Below are positions 7,601 through 14,747 of a DNA stretch of 24,000 bases, one piece after another. The stretch is from an uncultured Alphaproteobacteria bacterium. Its GTDB lineage: Bacteria; Pseudomonadota; Alphaproteobacteria; ATCC43930; CGMCC-115725. The notes under the pieces were generated by a model that was given only the letters and a program-made list of their open reading frames with translations, searched no databases and was not told where the DNA came from. The number at the start of each line of letters is the position of its first letter. Position 1 is the first letter of the stretch. A program made the translations under genes and the position numbers. The DNA is taken from assembly GCA_963702925.1 (NCBI GenBank), contig OY969771.1, forward strand, positions 2,080,715 to 2,104,714, given 5' to 3'.

Positions 7601-8914
7601 TCAGTCAGCTCGCATGCCCCCCCTAGGAAGCCATGCTTTGTGTCCGATTATTCGGCGTGGCGGCGGACTCCCCAGCAGCGCGAGGCCGTCCCGATAAAGA
7701 GCGTACGTGTATTCGGATGCCAGCAAAGTTAGCCCAGCGTCCTCACCGCCAATTGCGAAGCCGACAGGATCGGTCCGCGGAAGCTCGAGTGAATCTGGGA
7801 CGTTGTCTCTCCCGTTCCGGACGATCGCACTCAAAGCGTTGAGAAACCGCTCGGCGGCCTTCTCCTCCATCACGAACCATCCGGCGAATTCGTTTCCGTC
7901 CCGCCGCAGCCTGTGTGTTCCCCAGAGGCGAGGCCACCATCTCGGGTGCCAGAATTCGTCCAACCAGTCTGGCGAGTCGCTGAAGGGCCATCCCGATTCC
8001 ATGCAGGCCAGGAATATTCGGCCAGCATAGGGAATCTGTATGAAGCTCACCGGTGCCGTATCGTTTGGACGCTCTCCTCCGTCGCGAACCCAATCGATCC
8101 ATCGCGCGACGCTAGGCGCGTTCATCAAAGAAAAGTTAGACCGATGCGCGGAAAGCGCGAGCGATGTTGGCGTTGCCTCAGGACCTGGCATCGGATCCGC
8201 CTGTGTCGGAGGCCGGCGCTTGCCACGCGGTTTGGGAATCCGCGTCTCAGCGACGTGCAGGAAGGCACCCGCTGCTCCCGGTCTGGAGCCAAACGCTATC
8301 GAGTATCCGTGAACGACCTTGCCGTGAGGAGAGATCGCGGCGAGATGAGGCTTCACCTGCCGCAGATATTTGTGCTTCGCTTGGCGGCTGATGCCGGCGG
8401 ACGTGACATTTGCTGCAAATGACCCACGCGCTTCGGCCAGCACCACGCCGTGTCCCGATACGGCACCATCACCGTAAATGAAATCGGCGTGCGGCGCGAG
8501 CGAGCGTGATAGGCAGGACGCGTTGTCCCTCCAAGTGTAGCCCAGCGCGTTCACGGGCAAGTCAGTGACGCCGGTGCCAATGCGTCCAGCAAAGGACGTC
8601 CGCTCGGCATCGACGAGAGAATGGACATACCGTGTTAGCGCGAAGGTAGTGCCGTCGTCGACCAACCATTCCACTTCCGTCAGCGCGCTGTCGCCCCACC
8701 GCGTCAGCATTTCCGACGGCGCGTCTCGGAGCGTTGCCGTCCTTGCGATCGAGGCAGCGAGCGCGCCCGGTCCGAATATCAGTGTCGTACCTGCATTGGG
8801 TGGCTTGAAGCCCGCGGAGATGGGGCTTGGACTGTGTCGATGCTGCGTATGGCCGGTGACAGAGACCATCTTGTCACTGCGCCAGATCGCGGGAGCAGAC
8901 AGGACGGTGCTCAC
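7601..8914 (-). CDS. Hypothetical protein, 437 aa (possible PD-(D/E)xK-like core in the N-terminal half; Trp-rich C-terminal domain)
   Basis: GTG start at 8914 is preceded by AAGGAG with a 6-nt spacer. The amino-acid composition looks like a real protein. The segment FAGRIGTGVTDLPVNALGYTW...APHADFIYGDG...VVLAEARGSF...KHKYLRQVKP is reminiscent of restriction-endonuclease-fold cores (D...E-x-K with K replaced by R). The C-terminus contains DWLDEFWHPRWWPRLWG. I recognise no confident family. Confidence 0.7.
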   Translation of the reverse strand: MSTVLSAPAIWRSDKMVSVTGHTQHRHSPSPISAGFKPPNAGTTLIFGPGALAASIARTATLRDAPSEMLTRWGDSALTEVEWLVDDGTTFALTRYVHSLVDAERTSFAGRIGTGVTDLPVNALGYTWRDNASCLSRSLAPHADFIYGDGAVSGHGVVLAEARGSFAANVTSAGISRQAKHKYLRQVKPHLAAISPHGKVVHGYSIAFGSRPGAAGAFLHVAETRIPKPRGKRRPPTQADPMPGPEATPTSLALSAHRSNFSLMNAPSVARWIDWVRDGGERPNDTAPVSFIQIPYAGRIFLACMESGWPFSDSPDWLDEFWHPRWWPRLWGTHRLRRDGNEFAGWFVMEEKAAERFLNALSAIVRNGRDNVPDSLELPRTDPVGFAIGGEDAGLTLLASEYTYALYRDGLALLGSPPPRRIIGHKAWLPRGGMRAD

Positions 8915-8950
8915 GACACGCTCCTTATCGACCGGCTCCGGCTGTCCACT

Positions 8951-9487
8951 TTATGAGGCATCGCAAGACGGGAGGATCGACGCGAGATCGGGCTCGACGT
9001 CGAGACCATATTGATATGCCAGAGCCGCGATGTGCGTGCCAAACGTCGCCCGCAATTCGCCCAGGGCCACGAAGAAGGACGGGCTGCCCTCTTCGTCGTC
9101 TGAATGCCGCGGGCCGTGCCATCGCATGAGGTTGCGGAAATCTGGCGCCGGCTCTTCGAGGAATCTTCGACACGCGGCACGCATGGCGCGAACGGAACCC
9201 GCGGCCCGCGACGTTTCGGGCAAAGCCTGCAAGGCCTTTGTCAGCACCTCACGAATCTGGAGCACCGAGGAAGTGACCTGGGAGACGACCTCAAGGTGAT
9301 GGGGAACGAATAGAACGCGCCGATCTTCCAAGACCGTTAGAAGGCCTCTGACGATTTCGCGCTCGTCGGCGGGCGGTGTCCACTGAACGCCGAAGAACGG
9401 CAGCGAGAATCCGGTCAATCGGTTCACCGGCGATTTCGCCGCGATCTGTCCCTTCTTGGTGATATTTCGCGATCTGGCCACCTTCAC
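8951..9487 (-). CDS. Hypothetical protein, about 176-178 aa
   Basis: The ORF lies 36 nt upstream of the 437-aa gene on the same strand. GGGGAGG abuts the GTG at 9487 and lies 6 nt before the in-frame GTG at 9481, so 9481 is the more likely start. No recognisable motif. Confidence 0.65.
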   Translation of the reverse strand: MKVARSRNITKKGQIAAKSPVNRLTGFSLPFFGVQWTPPADEREIVRGLLTVLEDRRVLFVPHHLEVVSQVTSSVLQIREVLTKALQALPETSRAAGSVRAMRAACRRFLEEPAPDFRNLMRWHGPRHSDDEEGSPSFFVALGELRATFGTHIAALAYQYGLDVEPDLASILPSCDAS

Positions 9488-9546
9488 CCTCCCCGACCTT
9501 TGTTATACGCCGCATCCGACTGGAATTGATGCTCCCCAATCGGCAC

Positions 9547-10461
9547 TCACCGGAGTAGCCGCATGAGCGCGTCTGATTGCTCGGCGAACTTTAGGGCGTT
9601 GGTCTTCCGAAGCCGTTCCAGGTTTTGCAGCTTCCAGCGCAGGCCGGGGAGCTGCTCCAGATGCGGCACGCCCAGCAGCGGCCATTCGGGCTTTGCGGCG
9701 ACTAGCGACAGCAGAAACCGGCGTTCGTCAGCGCCCAGACCTTGCTGGAGCTCGCGCATCATCCGGTCGCGCGCCGCCAGGAGCGCATCGAGCTCGACGG
9801 GCTCGGCGGTCATGCCTGTGAAATTGTGCTCGAACTCCTGGCGGATGTCGCGCAGTGATGGAAACAGGACCTCGTGGACCGGCCGGTTATGACTCGCGAG
9901 GTAGACGACGAACGCGCGGCGAATGCCGATGGTGATTCCCTCATGCGCGAAGAGCTGCAGGACATCGAACAGATCGCGGGGATGTTGGCGGTCCATCGCT
10001 GCCACCAGCTTGCCGCCATACACGTCCTCGAGCGACACGACTGGGATCTCGATATCCGCCTGCAGCGTCTCGCGCGCAGTCTGTGTCAGCGACGCCCTGC
10101 GCACCGGAAGGACGGTGCCGCGCATGACGAAGTTGACCTCGATCTTGACCTCGATGTTGCCCCGCCGCACCAGCAGCTTGGTCTCGCCGGCCGCCGCGGC
10201 GGCCGGCGCATGGGTCTGGAAGCCTTGCTTCTGCAGGCGTGCCGCGGACTGGCGAATGGCCTCGTTGATGCGCTGGAGCGCCTGCTCGCGCGGCAGCGTG
10301 TGGTCGGGAAACACCAGGTCGAGGTCGACCGAGAGCCGCGGCATGTCGCGCACGAAGAGATTGATCGCCGTGCCGCCCTTGAGCGCGAACGTGTCGTCGA
10401 CGAGCACGAGCGGCGCGACGCGCGTCAGCAGCCGTGCGCTGTCTAGATAGACCTGGTTCAT
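9547..10461 (-). CDS. abiEii: AbiEii/AbiGii-family nucleotidyltransferase toxin (type IV toxin-antitoxin / abortive infection)
   Basis: 304 aa. It carries the nucleotidyltransferase-fold signature ALKGGTAINLF...LSVDLDLVF and the overall DUF1814-like pattern (VSLEDVYGGKLVAAMDRQHPRDLFDV). An ATGA start/stop overlap with the upstream antitoxin gene lies at 10458-10461. Confidence 0.9.
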   Translation of the reverse strand: MNQVYLDSARLLTRVAPLVLVDDTFALKGGTAINLFVRDMPRLSVDLDLVFPDHTLPREQALQRINEAIRQSAARLQKQGFQTHAPAAAAAGETKLLVRRGNIEVKIEVNFVMRGTVLPVRRASLTQTARETLQADIEIPVVSLEDVYGGKLVAAMDRQHPRDLFDVLQLFAHEGITIGIRRAFVVYLASHNRPVHEVLFPSLRDIRQEFEHNFTGMTAEPVELDALLAARDRMMRELQQGLGADERRFLLSLVAAKPEWPLLGVPHLEQLPGLRWKLQNLERLRKTNALKFAEQSDALMRLLR

Positions 10462-11195
10462 GGCTTCAGCACCAGGAGCCCGTCACCGGAACGGGACACC
10501 CACGGCCGGTCGCTGCCTTTAGGCAACTGAGACGGATCGAGCTTGCCAGCCCAGGGCTGGGAGAGTTCGCGGCCGAGCTGCAGGCATAGGCGCACGGTCT
10601 TGATGCTGGTGCAGCGCTTGAGCAGGTCGCGCAGCACGTCGGCGCGCAGACTATAGGTGCTCTCGACCAGCTCGCGCGCTTCCTGCAGCGGCTGCCGGAC
10701 GCCGACTTCGCTCAACACCTCCAGCAATGCGCGTTCCGGCGCCGAGACGAGCGGACCGCCCTTGCGGTTCTCGAAGGGCCGGACGTGAAGCAGCGCGTCC
10801 GGCTCCTCCTTGAAGAGCCGCTTGCGATGGTACTCGGCCGGGAAGCGCTGGGTGAACCACTCCGGAAGGTGCCCGGCCTTCCAGCCGTAAAGATCTAGGA
10901 CAGCCCGTTGCGACAGGTACTGGCGTATGCCATGCCAGTCGAGCGCGGACTTGCCGCCAACGTGCAATCCGTCGAAGCTCCGCTGCAGCAGAGCGAGGCT
11001 CGGGTGCATGGCGGGCGGATCGTTCGGCCGGCAATAGACGCCGCGCGACAGCCGTTGCAGCCAGCCGGCACGGACATAGTGGACGGCGAGGTCGGCCGAT
11101 ATCCCCAGGGCGGCGAGGTCCTCGGAGGTCAGCGGCGTCCCCGGCGCCAGGCGGGTATAAAGCCGATTTAGCTTGTTTCTGTGAGTCGTAGGCAT
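10458..11195 (-). CDS. abiEi: AbiEi-family antitoxin / transcriptional autoregulator (N-terminal wHTH)
   Basis: The ORF track begins at 11252, but I prefer Met-20 (ATG at 11195). The N-terminus MPTTHRNKLNRLYTRLAPGTPLTSEDLAALGISADLAVHYVRAGWLQRLSRGVYCRP matches the AbiEi wHTH pattern. The stretch 11196-11252 is AT-richer and promoter-like. Confidence 0.85.
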   Translation of the reverse strand: MPTTHRNKLNRLYTRLAPGTPLTSEDLAALGISADLAVHYVRAGWLQRLSRGVYCRPNDPPAMHPSLALLQRSFDGLHVGGKSALDWHGIRQYLSQRAVLDLYGWKAGHLPEWFTQRFPAEYHRKRLFKEEPDALLHVRPFENRKGGPLVSAPERALLEVLSEVGVRQPLQEARELVESTYSLRADVLRDLLKRCTSIKTVRLCLQLGRELSQPWAGKLDPSQLPKGSDRPWVSRSGDGLLVLKP

Positions 11196-11204
11196 ACTAC
11201 GACT
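11184..11204. promoter_or_regulatory. Inverted repeat IR1, AGTCGTAG-gcata-CTACGACT, centred on the abiEi start codon; candidate AbiEi operator
   Basis: Perfect 8-bp arms read directly from the sequence. It shares the TCGTAG/CTACGA half-site with IR2. Confidence 0.5.
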
Positions 11205-11231
11205 ATAACAACAATTCGAAGGCGTGGCCAA
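11202..11231 (-). promoter_or_regulatory. Putative sigma-70-type promoter for abiEi-abiEii (-35 TTGGCC, 18-nt spacer, -10 TATAGT) predicting a leaderless or near-leaderless mRNA
   Basis: The minus strand reads TTGGCC-N18-TATAGT-CGTAGT-ATG. There is no Shine-Dalgarno before the ATG at 11195. This is pattern-based only. Confidence 0.3.
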
Positions 11232-11250
11232 GTTTGGGTTCGGCACCACC

Positions 11251-11269
11251 ATCGTAGCTCAGCTACGAT
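11251..11269. promoter_or_regulatory. Inverted repeat IR2, ATCGTAGC-tca-GCTACGAT; second candidate AbiEi operator
   Basis: Perfect 8-bp arms, with the same TCGTAG core as IR1, whose nearest arm lies 46 bp away. AbiEi proteins are known to autorepress through paired inverted repeats in their promoter. Confidence 0.45.
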
Positions 11270-11499
11270 AATTCGCGTCATTCTAAATCAGAATTGAGGG
11301 GAAAGCTGTCCCTTGCCGCCGAGTTTTGGGGTCTCGGCCGAACCCTTCCGCGGGGAGACCCCACAACGCCCCAGAGCGAGAGTGCAGACGGAGTTTTCCG
11401 TCACGGCTCTAGCCAGTCAAGGCGAAGCCATACAACTGCACTGAACCGAATGGGAGTGACACCAATGCTTAAGGAGGAGCCGAGAAACCCCCGTGCCGC

Positions 11500-12765
11500 T
11501 CACGCACCATTGCCGCCGCGGCGCCTCTGCGAACGTGCGAGCTGTATCGCGAGATGACCAACCGCTAGCTTCACGTAGCGCTGGACCATCTTTGGACTTT
11601 TCCATCCCCCGAGCACCATGAGCGAAGGGGCATCGACACCGTCCATGACCGCCCAGCTCGCCCAATGATGGCGCCAATCGTGAATTCTAAACCAGTTGAT
11701 TTTCGCAACGAGTTCCGGGCGGCAGGTCTTATGGCAGCTTGCGCAGGAGAGCGCGTAGTCGCTCAGCTCCTCCCGTTCGCCGGCGGGACGAACAACCGCG
11801 AGCTCGACGCACGCGTTCGCCGGGCCTCCTGGTGCCGCGCTGAGCTTGGCGCCGCAATGCAGACAGGTTTTTTGGTCCTTCAGAAGCTTCTTGATCGTGA
11901 ACCGCCGTAGCGCCGTGGCGTGCGCCTTCCGAATACCCGAACCGTCGCGCCCCTCACCATGCGAGGCGCTGCGGCGATCGACATAAGGCGTTCCATCTGG
12001 CTTGACGAACACCGGCCCGCTGGTTTGAAGATTATGCATCTTCTCCAACGTCGCGCGGACTTCCGGGTGCATCGGCGCGACCCGCATGTCGCCGTTCTTC
12101 GTCTTGCGGAAGGTCACTGTGTCGCGACTTAAGCTGACGTCCGGCCATTGCAGACGAAGCGCTTCGGATTCGCGGCACCCTTGAAGGCAAAGCGTCAGCG
12201 CAATGGGCTTCGCGTGGTCGGCATATTCCGCCAGAAGCCCGTCTCGGTCCTCGGACTCCAGGAAGATCTCCCGAACGGCTCCGTCGGACGGCAACACGAA
12301 CTTCGGCAAGGTGAGCTTGAACTTCTCCGCCGTGCGCACGAGCGGCGGCGAAAACATCGCGTACCAGCGCCGCACCGTGGCCGGCGCCGGATCGTCGAGC
12401 TTCTCGGCGACGAACTTATCCCAGTCTTCGGGCTCGAAGGAGTCGACCGGCTTCTCTTCGAAGAACTTTCCGAGACGCAGCAGCTTCTGGCGGTCCTGGT
12501 TCCCGAGTGGCGTACTTCCTTTTGCCTTTGCGTCCACGTAGTCGGCGGCGGCCGTCGCGAAGCCGGGGATGGCCTTTGATTTGGCGGGCTTTTCGCCGCG
12601 GAGCAGCTGCTCGCTGATCTCGGCGCAGCGGCGGGTATAAATTACCTGCGCGCTTGTCTTGTCGCGGCAGCCCGTAGTCTCTCTAATCCGGACGCTCGTT
12701 TTCCCAACGCGGATCGTGCCAACGATCCAGAAGACGGCACCCCGTTTGGTGAGCTTGGAGGACAT
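11500..12765 (-). CDS. Tyrosine recombinase / phage-type integrase with a CxxC...CxxC insertion in the catalytic domain
   Basis: 421 aa. It has an arm-binding-like N-terminus (KRGAVFWIVGTIRVGKTSVRIRETTG). Catalytic elements: LQGCRESEALRLQWPDV (Arg), HDWRHHWAS (HxxR), GGWKSPKMVQRYVKL (Tyr). An extra segment, CLHCGAKLS...CASCHKTC, lies between the K-hairpin and HxxR. Confidence 0.9.
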   Translation of the reverse strand: MSSKLTKRGAVFWIVGTIRVGKTSVRIRETTGCRDKTSAQVIYTRRCAEISEQLLRGEKPAKSKAIPGFATAAADYVDAKAKGSTPLGNQDRQKLLRLGKFFEEKPVDSFEPEDWDKFVAEKLDDPAPATVRRWYAMFSPPLVRTAEKFKLTLPKFVLPSDGAVREIFLESEDRDGLLAEYADHAKPIALTLCLQGCRESEALRLQWPDVSLSRDTVTFRKTKNGDMRVAPMHPEVRATLEKMHNLQTSGPVFVKPDGTPYVDRRSASHGEGRDGSGIRKAHATALRRFTIKKLLKDQKTCLHCGAKLSAAPGGPANACVELAVVRPAGEREELSDYALSCASCHKTCRPELVAKINWFRIHDWRHHWASWAVMDGVDAPSLMVLGGWKSPKMVQRYVKLAVGHLAIQLARSQRRRGGNGA

Positions 12766-12968
12766 GATTCGGTCGCCTCGAGTAGAAGATGCAGCTGATG
12801 AGTTGTGAGACAGGTGTCTCGGCCAAGCCGCTGCACGGGAATCCCGTGCTTCTTGAGCAGACCTTTCAGCTTCCGCTCGACATCGCGGTCCTTGAGTTGC
12901 AGCACGGCACCGACCTCGCTCAGCGTCATCAAGCGTTCGGGGGTCTGGCTATCGGCGATGCGGTTCAT
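12642..12968 (-). CDS. Putative small HTH DNA-binding protein (AlpA/excisionase-like)
   Basis: 108-aa ORF immediately upstream of the integrase. The segment MTLSEVGAVLQLKDRDVERKLKGLLKKHGIPVQRLGRDTCLTTHQLHLLLEA resembles excisionase-type HTH proteins. There is no clear SD. The last 124 nt or so overlap the integrase and encode a low-complexity tail. Confidence 0.4.
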   Translation of the reverse strand: MNRIADSQTPERLMTLSEVGAVLQLKDRDVERKLKGLLKKHGIPVQRLGRDTCLTTHQLHLLLEATESCPPSSPNGVPSSGSLARSALGKRASGLERLRAAATRQARR

Positions 12969-13115
12969 GATCCGGTGTTCGCGAAATCTGTCTCCGACAA
13001 CCCGGACGTGGGGCCGTCCATGGACCGGTCAACAGCGCGGCGCCGACCGAAATCGGCGATCGCCTAAAATGCAAGGCATCTCCCGCACCTTCGCCGACAG
13101 CCGCCCTAGTATTAA

Positions 13116-13480
13116 GGCGCGCCCCCATGGCGGCCTGGCGTCCGGCCTCTCATTTGGAGCCTTGAGCGAGCGTCCATCTGTCCGGTCCGGGCGCTTCGCA
13201 ACTGGATCACGGCGGCGCCGATCCGCGACGGTGCGATTTTTCGCCATGTCGATCGGCACGGGCGCGTGCTGGCGCGGCTCTCGGGTCATGCCGTCACCGT
13301 CATCGTTCAACGCCGCGCACGGCCTGCGCTCGCGCTTCGCCGCGGCCGCCTCGGCCGCCGGCACCGACATTGTCGAGATTATGAATCAAACCGCCACAAA
13401 TCCGTCTCGACCGCGAAGCTCTATATTCGGCGGGCAAGGGAGAACCAGTTCCGCAATCGCGCGGCCCGTCTGGCAGGAAT
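13116..13480 (+). pseudogene. 3-prime remnant of a tyrosine integrase gene, 5-prime truncated and carrying at least two frameshifts
   Basis: Frame B reads ...CPVRALRNWITAAPIRDGAIFRHVDRHGRVLARLSGHAVTVIVQRRA. The reading then continues in frame A as HGLRSRFAAAASAAGTDIVEIMNQT (HxLR box). It returns to frame B as RHKSVSTAKLYIRRARENQFRNRAARLAG (catalytic Tyr box). An in-frame stop at 13113-13115 lies just upstream, and no N-terminal half is present. Confidence 0.75.
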
Positions 13481-13562
13481 GGAAGGCGTGCCTCGCATGA
13501 GCCATTGGTCCATCGAGGAACTACTCTCCAAATTCACGATCGCGGAAATGCGCGTGCCGACC

Positions 13563-14096
13563 TCACCGTCGCGTCGCGTGGCTGAAGGAGCGGAATCCGC
13601 TTGCGATCGTGGGTGCAAAATCGTTGAACCATTTCAGCAGCGCTGCCTTCTCGTGGCCCGTCCGCTCTTCCAAGATGAGCGCTTCGAGGGCCGCTTGCGC
13701 CTCCATGACCGTTTCCGAGACGCCGCAAAGGATGTGGCAGCATCGAGAATTCGCCAATCCGAAGTCGTTGACGACATAGAAGCCGAAAGTGAAGAGCGTG
13801 GAATTGCCTTTGGCGCAGCCGCTGATGTAGGCGGTCATCAGGTCTCGCCCTTCCGGATAGCAAAGAAGCAGGTAGCGACGTTGGCTTGCGCCTTGGAATT
13901 TCGTCCAGAACCGCCGCAACGGCGTCGCTTCCGCAGAAGGCTCGGCCGCGGATGCCGGGTCAGGCGCGACAGTCCGAGGTGAAATGGATGCCGCGGCCGC
14001 TTCGAGGTCCGGCACACGCTCACAGGCGTCGCGCCGGGTTGACATGCGCTCACTCGGATCAAGCTCGACTGGGTACTGGGGAATGCCGGCGGTCAT
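13563..14096 (-). CDS. Hypothetical protein, about 177 aa
   Basis: The ORF extends to 14213, but that upstream part is R/P-rich. The ATG at 14096 has GGAG about 8 nt upstream. The C-terminal two-thirds look protein-like (RRYLLLCYPEGRDLMTAYISGCAKGNSTLFTFGFYVVNDFGLANSRCCHILCG...). No family recognised. Confidence 0.55.
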   Translation of the reverse strand: MTAGIPQYPVELDPSERMSTRRDACERVPDLEAAAASISPRTVAPDPASAAEPSAEATPLRRFWTKFQGASQRRYLLLCYPEGRDLMTAYISGCAKGNSTLFTFGFYVVNDFGLANSRCCHILCGVSETVMEAQAALEALILEERTGHEKAALLKWFNDFAPTIASGFRSFSHATRR

Positions 14097-14170
14097 GGTG
14101 CTGTCTCCAAAAAGCCTTGGGTCGGGGTCCAGCCGGATTTGGGTTCGACGCCGCCCGAGCGGCTCTTGAA

Positions 14171-14747
14171 GTGGCACCTCGTGCGGCACCCCAAATTGTC
14201 GCGGGGGGCCCATCCTTCCTCGATCGGCGACCCAGAGGCACCCGGCTGTGCGGTGCCTCTTGGCACCTGGATCCTCACGGGGGCGGAGGGAGCGGCCCTC
14301 GGGCGCCTTGCCGGCGATGGGCGCCAGTTCCCCCCCCCCCTGGGCGGCGCCTCGAGCCCTCCGGGCAGGAGACCGCGCTCTGCCGCCTGCCGGCGACGGG
14401 AAGACTCGAGGTGCCTGGCACCCGCGACCGCCCGCAGCCTGATCGCCATCGGTCGCGTTTGTCCGCTAATCTTCGGATCGGGGCGCTTTCTCTGTGTCTG
14501 CGCAGAGTTCCAAGCGCCGCCGCTTCGCGACGTGCGTGGGCAACTCCGCAGCGCCGCGCGGGGTGCCGTCCGGCGCTTTTGCCGCAGGCGGGAGGCCTCG
14601 GAACCGCGTGGATCGCGGGGGGTCGGTCTGAGGCCCGATAAGTGGCGATTATCGGCCCCGAGACAGGGCGGCACCTCGTTGGCGCCTCGTTGGCGTCGCG
14701 CCAGGTGCCGCTTGCGGCGACCCAGGGGCGCCGCGACAGGGTGCCGC
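14171..14747. repeat. Cluster of REP-like palindromes built on a GGCACC/GGTGCC core in a long non-coding spacer
   Basis: There are 11 GGCACC/GGTGCC hexamers, starting at 14173, 14185, 14237, 14252, 14262, 14410, 14417, 14562, 14670, 14704 and 14740. Hairpin AGAGGCACC-N9-GGTGCCTCT lies at 14234-14260. Palindrome GGTGCC-T-GGCACC lies at 14410-14422. Hairpin GCGGCACCT...AGGTGCCGC at 14668-14711 encloses a perfect tandem CCTCGTTGGCG x2 (14674-14695). Confidence 0.55.

Larger units (their letters stand above)
11500..12968 (-). mobile_element. Integration module (integrase plus putative excisionase-like gene) marking one end of an integrated element
   Basis: Integrase and small HTH gene lie together. 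A decayed second integrase follows immediately to the right. The att sites were not identified. Confidence 0.5.

Noticed and set aside
11254-11262. TAGCTCAGC, which resembles a tRNA D-arm and lies near an integrase (a possible tRNA att target).
   Set aside because: There is no acceptor stem, anticodon arm or GTTCRANYC T-arm nearby on either strand. The sequence is simply the centre of the IR2 palindrome.
11327-11363. Hairpin TGGGGTCTC-N19-GAGACCCCA downstream of the integrase, considered as a terminator.
   Set aside because: The loop is long (19 nt). The T-run precedes the stem on the plus strand, so an A-run follows it on the minus strand. It may still be a protein site, but I cannot support a terminator call.
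11470-11479. Strong Shine-Dalgarno-like TAAGGAGGAG on the plus strand.
   Set aside because: No start codon lies at a suitable distance and there is no credible downstream ORF. It lies just past the integrase stop on the opposite strand.
12805-13982. Plus-strand ORFs of 231 and 238 aa (12805-13500 and 13266-13982).
   Set aside because: They are not genes. They are the alternate frames of the frameshifted integrase remnant, extended through stop-poor GC-rich sequence.
14172-14421. Three TGGCAC hexamers (14172, 14261, 14416), considered as sigma-54 -24 elements.
   Set aside because: None has the required GC of a -12 element (TTGCW) at the fixed spacing. They are better explained as part of the GGCACC repeat family.
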